Shown here: in pieces, positions 29,960-38,814 of the stretch
How the letters are laid out: every line of letters begins with the position of its first letter
How positions within the stretch are numbered: the stretch's first letter is position 1
Source: an uncultured Gammaproteobacteria bacterium
Lineage (GTDB): Bacteria > Patescibacteriota > Microgenomatia > Levybacterales > UBA12049
Length of the DNA: 64,000 nucleotides
Assembly (NCBI GenBank): GCA_965230895.1
Contig: OZ246394.1
Location: 1,505,887-1,569,886, forward strand
Reading direction: 5' to 3'
Translations under genes and position numbers: made by a program
Notes under the pieces: model-generated
Database searches by the model: none
What the model saw: only the letters and a program-made list of their open reading frames with translations
Told to the model about the DNA's origin: nothing

Positions 29960-30517
29960 CTATTGCAACATAGATGTTGGTATTAATGCATTTGTCATAA
30001 TATGGATCACGCCATTTTTCGTATCTATGTCGTATGTCTCAAAATATGAATAACCATTGATATTCCAATAGCCATTTGTTTTCTTAAAAACCAATTTATC
30101 ACCTTGGATAGTTGTCAGCTCCATGCCTTCTTTCAGGTCTGCAACATGATACTCTCCTTTAACAACATGAAAAAGTAAAAACTCTCGTAGAAGACCTTCT
30201 TGTCCAGGATCATGCAGTCTTCCAGTTAAATCTGTTGAGAGTTTACCGAATGCCTGATCTGATGGAACAAAGAGTGTGTATGGTCCATTCTGATGTAAAA
30301 ATGTATCAAAGTCTGCAAGTTGTACAAGTGTATTGAATTGGCGAGTCTTTTCGGAATAAGTTAAATTGTCTGCAATGTCTGATGATGGTCTCATTTGAAT
30401 ACCGTCATATTCAATGATTGGAGTATTTGTATAAATCCAGATAAGTGCAATTGGAATAATGATAGCTAATAGAATAGCTACAATATAAACCGGTTTCTTC
30501 TTTACCTTTACTGTCAT
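29960..30517 (-). CDS. Fasciclin (FAS1) domain protein
   Basis: 'GPYTLFVPSDQAF', 'LLFHVV', 'NGVIHIM'; upstream TTGACT-N18-TAAGAT-N6-ATG. Confidence 0.92.
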   Translation of the reverse strand: MTVKVKKKPVYIVAILLAIIIPIALIWIYTNTPIIEYDGIQMRPSSDIADNLTYSEKTRQFNTLVQLADFDTFLHQNGPYTLFVPSDQAFGKLSTDLTGRLHDPGQEGLLREFLLFHVVKGEYHVADLKEGMELTTIQGDKLVFKKTNGYWNINGYSYFETYDIDTKNGVIHIMTNALIPTSMLQ

Positions 30518-30571
30518 AACTTTATCTTATCTTAAGAAAAATAGAGAAGTCAACGCACGGTATATTCTCTA

Positions 30572-31144
30572 TCATCGATCCTGATTATAATTTGGTGGGA
30601 CAATCTTTGGTTGTTCTGATGAATTATGTATTTCTGGAGGTGCGGGGTTTCCTGGTGGCCTGCAAAAGCCTCCAACCATAAGGAATGCATCTTTTGCACA
30701 GCTTACCTTAAATACATTTTTAAAAGGTGAGTTCTCTCTCGTCAAAACTGGTCTTGGAGTAGGTGTTGGCATTACAATTGGACCTGAAGCGATAATACGT
30801 TTTGTACCTTTTTGAGGGAGGGAGGGTTTCTGAGCTTGTATCGGGTTAATTCTTGCTTGTGCAGGATCAGGAGGCAATGGTGCTCCTCCAGAACATTGTC
30901 CTGCTCGTCCAGCTCCATATGGTATGCAAAATCCTGCTCCTTCGCATTGGTTATTCCCAGCCATGTCACATCCTCGGACCATAAGTTGTGGACGTTGTAC
31001 CTCAGATACATTCGTCTCAGCAGCAAATTGTTTTATTATTTGAGGCTGAAGCATGGTAAAAATTGTTAATGCCAGGATAGGGAACATGATAAAAAAGAAA
31101 AGTAAATTTTCTTTTTGCTTCTTCATCTTTTTCTTTCGTACCAT
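30572..31144 (-). CDS. Short Cys/Pro-rich membrane-anchored protein C (same leader family as A and B)
   Basis: 'NLLFFFIMFPILALTIFTMLQPQIIKQFAAE' leader nearly the same as in A and B; lacks their conserved N-domain. Confidence 0.75.
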   Translation of the reverse strand: MVRKKKMKKQKENLLFFFIMFPILALTIFTMLQPQIIKQFAAETNVSEVQRPQLMVRGCDMAGNNQCEGAGFCIPYGAGRAGQCSGGAPLPPDPAQARINPIQAQKPSLPQKGTKRIIASGPIVMPTPTPRPVLTRENSPFKNVFKVSCAKDAFLMVGGFCRPPGNPAPPEIHNSSEQPKIVPPNYNQDR

Positions 31145-31149
31145 ATTAT

Positions 31150-31710
31150 TTATTTTATTTTACTTGGTGGGATAGCAAAACTTGTTACAGTATGGATAAC
31201 ACCGTTTTTGCTTTCTATATTATAAACTTCTAAATAAGAATAGCCATTAATGACCCAAAAATCTTTTCCTTTATAAAATTTAAGTTTCTCTCCCTGAATA
31301 GTTGTCAGCTCCATTCCATTTTTCAAATCTTCCGCTAAGTACTTTCCTCGCACAACATGGTATCCCAACAATTGTCTCAGAGCATCTTTTTGTTTGGGAG
31401 ATTTCAGGGAATCTGTAAATTCATCTGAAAGATTGTTATATGCAGTATTTGTTGGCGCAAATACAGTAAACGGACCGGGTTCGTGAAGCATTGCACTTGC
31501 ACTAGCAGAATCTAAGAGCGAGGCGAATCTATTTGTCTCGGGAGAATATGAAAGGTTATCCATAATATCTTTTGAAGGCCTCATGTATACGCCATCATAT
31601 TCAATTGTGGAAGGATTGGCATAAATAGTGTATGCGCCAATAGGAATAAAGACTAAGAGGGCGAAAATTACTAAAATAAGTATTTTGACATAAAGTTTCA
31701 TAGGTTTCAT
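31150..31710 (-). CDS. Fasciclin (FAS1) domain protein
   Basis: 'GPFTVFAPTNTAY', 'LGYHVV', 'NGVIHTV'; start is ATG 31710 or 31701. Confidence 0.9.
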   Translation of the reverse strand: MKPMKLYVKILILVIFALLVFIPIGAYTIYANPSTIEYDGVYMRPSKDIMDNLSYSPETNRFASLLDSASASAMLHEPGPFTVFAPTNTAYNNLSDEFTDSLKSPKQKDALRQLLGYHVVRGKYLAEDLKNGMELTTIQGEKLKFYKGKDFWVINGYSYLEVYNIESKNGVIHTVTSFAIPPSKIK

Positions 31711-31750
31711 CCATCGTAACGTACGTAAAATACTTCTGTCAAATAGATAC

Positions 31751-31807
31751 AAAAAAAGTATCTAGCATTACATTCAAAGAAATAAATATAAAAACTAGAT
31801 ACTTTTT
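31751..31807 (-). terminator. Putative terminator after rplL
   Basis: Inverted repeat AAAAAGTATCTAG...CTAGATACTTTTT followed by a U-tract on the minus strand; the loop is long. Confidence 0.5.
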
Positions 31808-31824
31808 CGTTTAAGACTGATGTC

Positions 31825-32217
31825 TTATTTCAACTCAACAGTAGCTCCTGCTGCTGTAAGTTTTTCTTTTGCTTCATCAGCTGTTTTTTTGTTAACTTGG
31901 TTCAAAACTTCTTTTGGTGCCGCATCAACTAAGTCCTTCGCTTCTTTAAGACCCAATGCTGGGTTTATTTCTCGAAGTGCTTTAATAACAGCGATCTTTT
32001 GAGCGCCTGCGCTTGCAATGATAACGTCAAATGAAGTCTTTTCTTCTGCAGGTTCTCCAGCATCAGCTGATCCACCAGCTGCAGGTGCAGCGGCGACCAT
32101 AGTTGCGGCAGCAGAAACTCCGAACTTTTCTTCAAGAGCCTTTACTAAATCTGAAAGCTCGAGAACTGACATCTCTTCAATTGCTTGCATTAATTCGTCT
32201 TTACTTAATTTCGCCAT
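31825..32217 (-). CDS. rplL: 50S ribosomal protein L7/L12
   Basis: '[21 protein letters not shown]', '[10 protein letters not shown]', '[10 protein letters not shown]'; strong SD. Confidence 0.97.
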   Translation of the reverse strand: MAKLSKDELMQAIEEMSVLELSDLVKALEEKFGVSAAATMVAAAPAAGGSADAGEPAEEKTSFDVIIASAGAQKIAVIKALREINPALGLKEAKDLVDAAPKEVLNQVNKKTADEAKEKLTAAGATVELK

Positions 32218-32260
32218 CTATAATCACCTCCTTTTCGGTAGGGACTAGTACTTAGAAATC

Positions 32261-32809
32261 CTAAGCGCTAGCTCCTTTCTTGTCTTTAATTGCATTAAGT
32301 GTCATAACAAAATTTTGGATATTCCAACTGAGTGCTCGGTGTAAACCTTGGATAGGTGATTGCATCTGGCCAAGAAGCTTTGCTCGAAGTACTGGCAATG
32401 GTGGGAGAGTTGCGATCTTAATAACTTCTTTGTCTGTTACGATATTGCCTTCGATAAGACCAAATTTAACTTCTGGAAGTTTAAAATCTTTAATAGTCTT
32501 TGAAAGAAGCTTCAATGGTTCAACAACGTCACCATAGATGAAAAGTGCTGCTGTTGGTTTGGTGAATTTATCTTTTTCAGCTTCTGTATCTATCTTATCT
32601 GTAAGTGCTCGGAGCAAAAGTGTATTCTTTGCAGCTACGAATTCTGCATCAACTTTTTTTAAGCCTTTTTTCAAGCCTTCAAGTTGCTGGTGAGTAAGTC
32701 CTTGGTAATTCGCAAAAACGATACCGTTCGCTCGTCCTACCTTTTCAATGAGTTCAGCTGTGATAGCTTCTTTTTTTAATCTGTTTTGTGATGTATTTAC
32801 GTCTGCCAT
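32261..32809 (-). CDS. rplJ: 50S ribosomal protein L10
   Basis: 'YQGLT...L...KNTLL.RA...ATLPP...L.AKLLG.MQSP'; immediately upstream of rplL; ATG at 32809. Confidence 0.95.
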   Translation of the reverse strand: MADVNTSQNRLKKEAITAELIEKVGRANGIVFANYQGLTHQQLEGLKKGLKKVDAEFVAAKNTLLLRALTDKIDTEAEKDKFTKPTAALFIYGDVVEPLKLLSKTIKDFKLPEVKFGLIEGNIVTDKEVIKIATLPPLPVLRAKLLGQMQSPIQGLHRALSWNIQNFVMTLNAIKDKKGASA

Positions 32810-32814
32810 AGTAA

Positions 32815-32908
32815 TAATAAAAAAGACACTCACGAGGAGTGCCGAAAATACGAAGTATCTAATTTGGCTCCTCGGTTGGACTTATCTTTGTGCCAACTGT
32901 CTTTGGAA
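32815..32908 (-). promoter_or_regulatory. Ribosomal protein L10 leader (autoregulatory RNA) with attenuator-like hairpin
   Basis: Minus strand AAGACAG-UUGG...CCAA-CCGAGG matches the L10-leader core pattern, followed by hairpin GGCACUC..GAGUGUC and a U-tract. Own promoter TTTACA-N17-TATAAT at 32945..32917. Confidence 0.75.
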
Positions 32909-32958
32909 TATCTAGCATTATAGCAATCTTGATGGGGAATGTAAAGTGTCGTTCAGAC

Positions 32959-35151
32959 TTATGGAGCTGTTACTCGTAATCCATCGAGGTATACAATACT
33001 TGTTGAACTGTCTGGACCTCTATAAAGTCCTGATTTCATATAGTTACTACTGCTGGACATTGTTGCTCTATTTGTCTTTGGTACTGTTTGTACGCCATTT
33101 TCCCATCCCTCGACAAATCCAGTGCTCGCATTGCTCGAAAACTTTGCATGAAGTACATAATTTGTCCAAACACCTTTGCGGACAGGTCCAAGGCTAAGGT
33201 TCGGGTGTGTGACACCATCTCCTCCAATATCAACGGTTCCGCTTGAGCTTACGTTAATTGCCAATGGGGGAGAACCGCTACCTGAATGAAACTGTAAAAC
33301 AATAAACCACCCTCCAGTAGGATTGGTAAATGAGTTATCAAATTTTACAGAAAATTCGTACCATCGCTCATCTCCCTCAACTACGTCTGCTGTCTCTGGT
33401 GCCGTAACCTCAGCTCGTTCTCCACCAAAATCCGGTTCATCACCAGGTCTGACTTCATATCGTGCAGCTGTTTCGTGGCCGGCTCCATCGTTTACAATCT
33501 TCGCCATATAATCCGCACCGCTATAGCTACTGCAACCGCTATTCATGCCTTTCCATTGACATGTGCTCCATTGACTAAAATTACCTGTGTCATAGTTGCC
33601 TACAAAGACCTCCTTTGTCCCTACAGGAACTTGTCCGACACTAGTTGAGGGTGATGGAGAAATTAATGGTGTTGTCCCAAATATTGTTGGAGTGAGATTA
33701 CTCGGAGCCTGTGAAGTCGTTGGTTGCGCTCCACCAGATGGTTCAGTCGACGGTTGTGGCTCAGTTGATGGTTCAGGGCAAGGGTTGTTCGGATCGGTTG
33801 GCAATGGTACATTTCCACCTCTTAGGATATATTCAATAAGCCAGATAAGGAATCGCATAAATCGTTCGATGAAGCCACCTCCACGATTTCTCTTGTACTT
33901 CTTTTTACCTTTTTTATTTGTTTGGACGGATGAAGAGCTGTCTGAGGCACATGGTGCAACAGTGGAAGGATAAGGATTACTTGCTCCGCCAGAAGGATTA
34001 ACACCACCAGTAACGCCAGGAGTTCCAGCTCCAGGGTTACCGCCGCCAGCACCTGGAGTTGTAGTTGTCCCAATCGGAGCACAAGGAGGTTCACCGACGC
34101 CACCGACACAATAAATTGTTGGTGTTATTAATGATGGGGTATTTGATGGTTGTGTCCCAGTTGTTGGTTGCGTTCCACCTGCAACTGGAGTGTAACTATT
34201 CCATTCTTTCAATACACGTAACTTTTCCCATGGAATACCATTCATTTGATAGTAGTCACTCGTGAATCCTACACTTGGGTATGGATCATTCTTATCCATA
34301 GGGTGCTCGAATTGGAATGCCATTCCTGCACCTCCACAGTCAATAACATAAGCTCCATACTTTTGCAGCGCCTTTGCAACGGTTTTTTCGCCCGCAGACA
34401 TGGAAAGAGAATCAACATTTACAGATGGATCAAGCTGGACACGTGCACCTTCAGGAATTGCTCCGGCTCCACTGTACTTTCCATCGGTCTTTACAGCAGG
34501 GAAGCGAATTTCGTTCACGGCGCAATAACTGGACGAGAATACCAGAGCATGTTCAATATTTCCTTGTTCCATCTCATATGTTCTGACAATTCCAGCTAAA
34601 CGCGAAGTGCCTGCGCCAATTGCAGAATTTTCGGGAGAACCACGTCCATCACCATCAAGTGGCAAAATTCCACCCCAGTTGGTCGTGGCTTTATCATCTT
34701 TATAAATCCAGAATTCATAACTCTTGCGGGCAGAGAGATCAACAATTACCATTTGGCCATCTGAACCTGGTGCTTGCCGAGCATCATCCGGAATTGGTAC
34801 TGGCTCAGTTGAAATTCCACAAGTACCCCAACTTTCTGTACATTTAATATTATGCTTTGGCGTTGATGCATCGGCGAAATAAATCGGAGTACCAAATTCG
34901 TATAAATCAGCGACTTTATCTCCACCAGCTAATGTTTTGACCATTTCAGCACTTTTTGGATCGAGTTGGACGTTGGTCCCAATTGGTTGATTCCATGCAC
35001 TGTCGTCAGCAAATGGGCGACCAGCATTTGTAGTCATATTTGTAGAAGCTTTGCTTCTATTGTCTTGCTGTTGGAGGACGGAGAATATCGTGAGAGGAAT
35101 TGCCAGCGCAACAAGGAGTGTCGGTATCAAAACATTAGGCTTTTTTCCCAT
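32959..35151 (-). CDS. Modular secreted protein: unknown N-domain, shared central cassette, C-terminal polysaccharide-lyase-like beta-sandwich
   Basis: TM + QQQDNRSKA leader; C-domain 'ERAEV...ERWYEFSV...QFH...GFVEGWENG...YMKSGLYR...YLD' resembles the Polysacc_lyase/heparin lyase I-like family. Confidence 0.75.
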   Translation of the reverse strand: MGKKPNVLIPTLLVALAIPLTIFSVLQQQDNRSKASTNMTTNAGRPFADDSAWNQPIGTNVQLDPKSAEMVKTLAGGDKVADLYEFGTPIYFADASTPKHNIKCTESWGTCGISTEPVPIPDDARQAPGSDGQMVIVDLSARKSYEFWIYKDDKATTNWGGILPLDGDGRGSPENSAIGAGTSRLAGIVRTYEMEQGNIEHALVFSSSYCAVNEIRFPAVKTDGKYSGAGAIPEGARVQLDPSVNVDSLSMSAGEKTVAKALQKYGAYVIDCGGAGMAFQFEHPMDKNDPYPSVGFTSDYYQMNGIPWEKLRVLKEWNSYTPVAGGTQPTTGTQPSNTPSLITPTIYCVGGVGEPPCAPIGTTTTPGAGGGNPGAGTPGVTGGVNPSGGASNPYPSTVAPCASDSSSSVQTNKKGKKKYKRNRGGGFIERFMRFLIWLIEYILRGGNVPLPTDPNNPCPEPSTEPQPSTEPSGGAQPTTSQAPSNLTPTIFGTTPLISPSPSTSVGQVPVGTKEVFVGNYDTGNFSQWSTCQWKGMNSGCSSYSGADYMAKIVNDGAGHETAARYEVRPGDEPDFGGERAEVTAPETADVVEGDERWYEFSVKFDNSFTNPTGGWFIVLQFHSGSGSPPLAINVSSSGTVDIGGDGVTHPNLSLGPVRKGVWTNYVLHAKFSSNASTGFVEGWENGVQTVPKTNRATMSSSSNYMKSGLYRGPDSSTSIVYLDGLRVTAP
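33760..34140. repeat. Internal cassette copy 1 (paralogous to 35768..36150)
   Basis: DNA and protein near-duplicate, e.g. 'acatttccacctcttagRatatattcaataagccagataaggaa' and 'ccacctccacgatttctcttgtacttctt' are in both copies. Confidence 0.85.
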
Positions 35152-35217
35152 AGGTCAAGTATATCTAGTTTATAAAAAAAGGAATGGATAATACAAGTAC
35201 AAGTTATAAAGTAACCG

Positions 35218-37359
35218 TTATGTTTTCGGAGTCATGCATGTTCCAGTTGTTTGGTCCCAAATCGGTTTTGGATCCACAGGAAGGTCTGCTGGTGGATCGA
35301 CAATGATTTGTATATCTCCCGATGTTGTCAATGATTCTTCACACTGAATAACAGATTCACTATCTGAAGGGTTTCCTACATAAAGATCAACCATTGTGAC
35401 TGCACCACAACCATTTGGTGCGGTCCATGAAACTGCACATTCATCCTCTTTGATGAAATACTTTTGTACACGTGGTACATAAATTTTTTGTCCATAGCTA
35501 TACGCTCCAGTACCGGCAGGGGATGCAAATGTTAATGGGTCAGCATATGTGCCTGTTCCACCAGCTTCTTGATGAATGACTGGATTTGAAATATCTTTGG
35601 AACCCTTTGGATCATTATCATAAGATCCATAAAATGTAACTTTGACATTAGCTTGTGTACCGCCGCTCGCAGCAGGTGATACCGATGGTGTGGTGCCGGA
35701 TGGATCAACAGATGGTTGTGTACTAATTGTCGGTTGTGTCTCTATTGATGGCTCAACTGAAGGTTGAGGGTCAGTTGATGGCTCAGGGCATGGGTTATTT
35801 GGATCAGTTGGGATAGGGACATTTCCACCTCTTAGAATATATTCAATAAGCCAGATAAGGAACCGCATAAATCGCTCTATGAAACCACCTCCACGATTTC
35901 TCTTGTACTTCTTCTTGTGCTTCTTATTATGCATGACACTACTGGTGCTTTCCTGGCAAGGTGCAACATTTGAAGGATAAGGAGTACTTGCACCACCAGA
36001 TGGATTCACTCCACCAGTGACACCTGGAGTTCCAGCGCCTGGAGATCCACCACCTGCACCTGGAGTTGTTGTTGTATCAATTGGAGCACAAGGAGGTTGT
36101 CCTGCTCCACCTACGCAGTAAATGGTTGGGGTAATAAGTGATGGAGCCGAGGACACTCCTGGACTTGCTCCTCCAGTTGCACCAAATTCATACGCACCAA
36201 TATCAATGCCGCTTCCCGCAGGTCGGGCTTTATTCTCTTTATCAAACGCTGGTGCTCCTGCCGCTGTTCCTTTATCAATTGCTGCTGAACCAGCAGTCAG
36301 GTGATAATCTCCATTTCCAACAAATCCTGGATTACTCGTAATATTGTTACTCATTTGAAGGCCTGAGCTATTAGCGCTTCCAATGATGATGTTATTAAAT
36401 ACAGGATTGCTGCCACTTGGAGTTTCAATCACTTTAATCGCTTGTTGCTCATCAATTGTATTGTTGTAAACACGAATATCAGATAATGTTCCTCCGGGTT
36501 CGACCCAAAAGGTGATACCCCCGCCGGCATTGCCATAAATTACATTATTGAAGATATCGATGTTACCAGCTTTTCTTGGATTTTCTGCACCATCATATGA
36601 AGTCTCAGCAGCAATCATAATACCCGCTTTACTGCCTTCAGTTGTTCCATAAGAAATGTTATTGTAGATCTTCACACCACTTGAACCGTCAACATAAATG
36701 TTTGGTCCACGGTTTCCGAATACTACATTGTCATGAATACTTCCATTAACGTCGCCTGCACCATTGTATTTCGCATCAATACCTTCTTCACCATTGCCAT
36801 GGACTTGGCAGTTCTTGATTTCGAAACCTGTTGATCCACCAGTAATACTGAGAGCCTCTCCACCTGCACTTGTTCCCATGGCGTTGGTGCCATGAATATT
36901 ACAACCGTCTACAACAACATTCTTACTTTGCCAGATAATCAAACCGCCTTGCTGGGAACCATCAATTTCAAAGTCTTTTAAGAGCAAACCATCTGCATTA
37001 TTTACGTTTGCACCATAATCACCTGAATCCTTTACCGTAAATCCAATCAGTTTAACGTTTTTACCGCTGATCTTCATCGTGCCATTGGTGATAACTCTTC
37101 CACCGGTTGCCTGGATTGTGACATCACTTGCTGATATGTTAAGTGCTTCATTATATGTGCCAGCTGCCACGTTTACAGTCCCACCTGAACCTGCTGATTG
37201 GATTGCAGAATTGATTGATCCACCTGGTTGTACCTCAACTGCAACTCGTGCTGGAGCTGCTTTGCTACGATTATCCTGTTGTTGTCGCGCAGCAATGATT
37301 GTGATGGGAAGTACGAATAGTGCTAATAGAACAGCAAAAAGAATTTTACGATTTTTCAT
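35218..37359 (-). CDS. Modular secreted protein: right-handed beta-helix (pectin-lyase-like), shared cassette, C-terminal small Cys-containing domain
   Basis: TM + QQQDNRSKA leader; 'GGTVNVAAGTYNE' and Asn-ladder repeats; 'DYHLTAGSAAIDKG...DIGAYE'; C-domain 'VTFYGSYDNDP.GS...AGGTGTY.DP.TFA'. ATG 37359 preferred. Confidence 0.78.
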   Translation of the reverse strand: MKNRKILFAVLLALFVLPITIIAARQQQDNRSKAAPARVAVEVQPGGSINSAIQSAGSGGTVNVAAGTYNEALNISASDVTIQATGGRVITNGTMKISGKNVKLIGFTVKDSGDYGANVNNADGLLLKDFEIDGSQQGGLIIWQSKNVVVDGCNIHGTNAMGTSAGGEALSITGGSTGFEIKNCQVHGNGEEGIDAKYNGAGDVNGSIHDNVVFGNRGPNIYVDGSSGVKIYNNISYGTTEGSKAGIMIAAETSYDGAENPRKAGNIDIFNNVIYGNAGGGITFWVEPGGTLSDIRVYNNTIDEQQAIKVIETPSGSNPVFNNIIIGSANSSGLQMSNNITSNPGFVGNGDYHLTAGSAAIDKGTAAGAPAFDKENKARPAGSGIDIGAYEFGATGGASPGVSSAPSLITPTIYCVGGAGQPPCAPIDTTTTPGAGGGSPGAGTPGVTGGVNPSGGASTPYPSNVAPCQESTSSVMHNKKHKKKYKRNRGGGFIERFMRFLIWLIEYILRGGNVPIPTDPNNPCPEPSTDPQPSVEPSIETQPTISTQPSVDPSGTTPSVSPAASGGTQANVKVTFYGSYDNDPKGSKDISNPVIHQEAGGTGTYADPLTFASPAGTGAYSYGQKIYVPRVQKYFIKEDECAVSWTAPNGCGAVTMVDLYVGNPSDSESVIQCEESLTTSGDIQIIVDPPADLPVDPKPIWDQTTGTCMTPKT
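35768..36150. repeat. Internal cassette copy 2
   Basis: Near-duplicate of 33760..34140; visible differences are largely synonymous. Confidence 0.85.
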
Positions 37360-37424
37360 CCTTACCTTTATGTTATCTACAAAACTCTTGTAATACAAGT
37401 ATTTATTTTAGGTTGTGAAAATTA

Positions 37425-37955
37425 TTAGCTTTGATAGCCTAACTTATTAAGCATTCTAGTGGTGGAATTATGGTGGAATTCATAATTTACAGGAATTATT
37501 CCTGACCCTGCAGCACGTGCCTGTTTAATTTTTAATTCAAGATGAGGATCGAATACAGGTACGGCTACTTGTGCAGGACCAAAAGCTTTATATCTTTCAG
37601 TGAAAGCGCTTGAGTCATCATAAGATGGAGCTCCAGGTAGTATAAAAACCAGTTTCACTACTTCAAGTTCGGAGGCAAACTCAGCACGTTCATCTTCGTT
37701 GTTAATTGGACGATCTGGTTTATTGAGTGCAACCGATGCGTCATTTTCTAATCCAAGAGCGAGAATTCCAGGAGTCGCTTGATCTGCTGCATGAAGATAT
37801 CGTGTGTGTCCAACATGTGGTATGTCCAGAACACCCAAGGCAACTTTTGTTCTTATTCCAGCACTGCGTGCTTGACGGAAAAGTACCGCAGCTTCATCGA
37901 AAGAAATGATTTTATCTTGTGGAGGCAGGTGACCAATATGATCAATCTCTACCAT
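37425..37955 (-). CDS. Cytidylyltransferase-like (HIGH/HVGH) nucleotidyltransferase, RfaE/TagD-like
   Basis: 'GVLDIPHVGHTRYL', 'D.SV..NKPDRPINNEDERAE', 'STT' motifs. Confidence 0.82.
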   Translation of the reverse strand: MVEIDHIGHLPPQDKIISFDEAAVLFRQARSAGIRTKVALGVLDIPHVGHTRYLHAADQATPGILALGLENDASVALNKPDRPINNEDERAEFASELEVVKLVFILPGAPSYDDSSAFTERYKAFGPAQVAVPVFDPHLELKIKQARAAGSGIIPVNYEFHHNSTTRMLNKLGYQS

Positions 37956-37961
37956 AAAAGA

Positions 37962-38801
37962 TTAAAGAGAAGCAGTTTCGAGCTTCAAACCAGGGGAAAT
38001 GGTTGATTTTAATGTAACGTTCTTAATGTTTTTAACCTTAACTGCACTGATAGCTGTTTTGATGTTGTCAGCCAATTTCTTATCTCCAAATGAAACTTTA
38101 CCAACAGCCATGTGAAGAATAGGGAACTTAGCTTCTGTTTTGAAATTGATTTGACCGCCAGCAAATTTCTTTGCAGCTTCTTCTGGCTTCGGAGTTACTG
38201 TACCATTCTTTGGATTTGGCATAAGTCCTCGAGGTCCAAGAACACGTGCAACTCGAGCTAGCTTAGGCATAGCATCAGGTGTTGCGATCAAGACATCGAA
38301 ATCAACTTTTCCTGCTTCAATTGCTTTGATAAGTTCATCTACAGCTTTTGGATCTTCAGAAGCATTTGCGATTGCAACACGTGTTTCTTTACCAGTTCCG
38401 TGTGGCAAAACAACATTTCCTGAGATTCCTTTGTCGGTAGTATTGATATGGAGTTCAACTGTCTCATCAAACTTTGCTCGCTGGAGTTTTGGTAAAATTT
38501 CCAAAGCATCATGTAAAGAATACTTCTTATTTTTGTCAACTTCTGAAGAAACTTTTGAATAACTCTTTGAGTGTTTATCTTTTTTCTCAATAGCTTGTTT
38601 GATGTAATCTTTGCCTTTTACAGGTTTTGATTCTTCAACTTCTGTGTCAGATGCTGCTTCATTTGAATCTTCAGCAAGTTCTTTTACACCAGCCTTTGCC
38701 TTTGCTTCTTCAATTGCTTTTAATCGAGCTTTTTCTTTCGCTTGTGCTTTTTGTTCTGATTGGTCTTCTTCGCCAACTGTTTTTACTCTGATTTTTCCCA
38801 T
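37962..38801 (-). CDS. rplA: 50S ribosomal protein L1
   Basis: 'KFDETVELH', 'LPHGTGK', 'LGPRGLMPNPKNGTVT', 'VGKVSF'. Confidence 0.96.
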   Translation of the reverse strand: MGKIRVKTVGEEDQSEQKAQAKEKARLKAIEEAKAKAGVKELAEDSNEAASDTEVEESKPVKGKDYIKQAIEKKDKHSKSYSKVSSEVDKNKKYSLHDALEILPKLQRAKFDETVELHINTTDKGISGNVVLPHGTGKETRVAIANASEDPKAVDELIKAIEAGKVDFDVLIATPDAMPKLARVARVLGPRGLMPNPKNGTVTPKPEEAAKKFAGGQINFKTEAKFPILHMAVGKVSFGDKKLADNIKTAISAVKVKNIKNVTLKSTISPGLKLETASL

Positions 38802-38814
38802 ATAATCCTTTCTG

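Noticed and set aside
33760-36150. Duplicated segment as a DGR template/variable repeat pair
   Set aside because: Both copies are coding, the differences are not adenine-specific and mostly synonymous, and there is no reverse transcriptase in the window.
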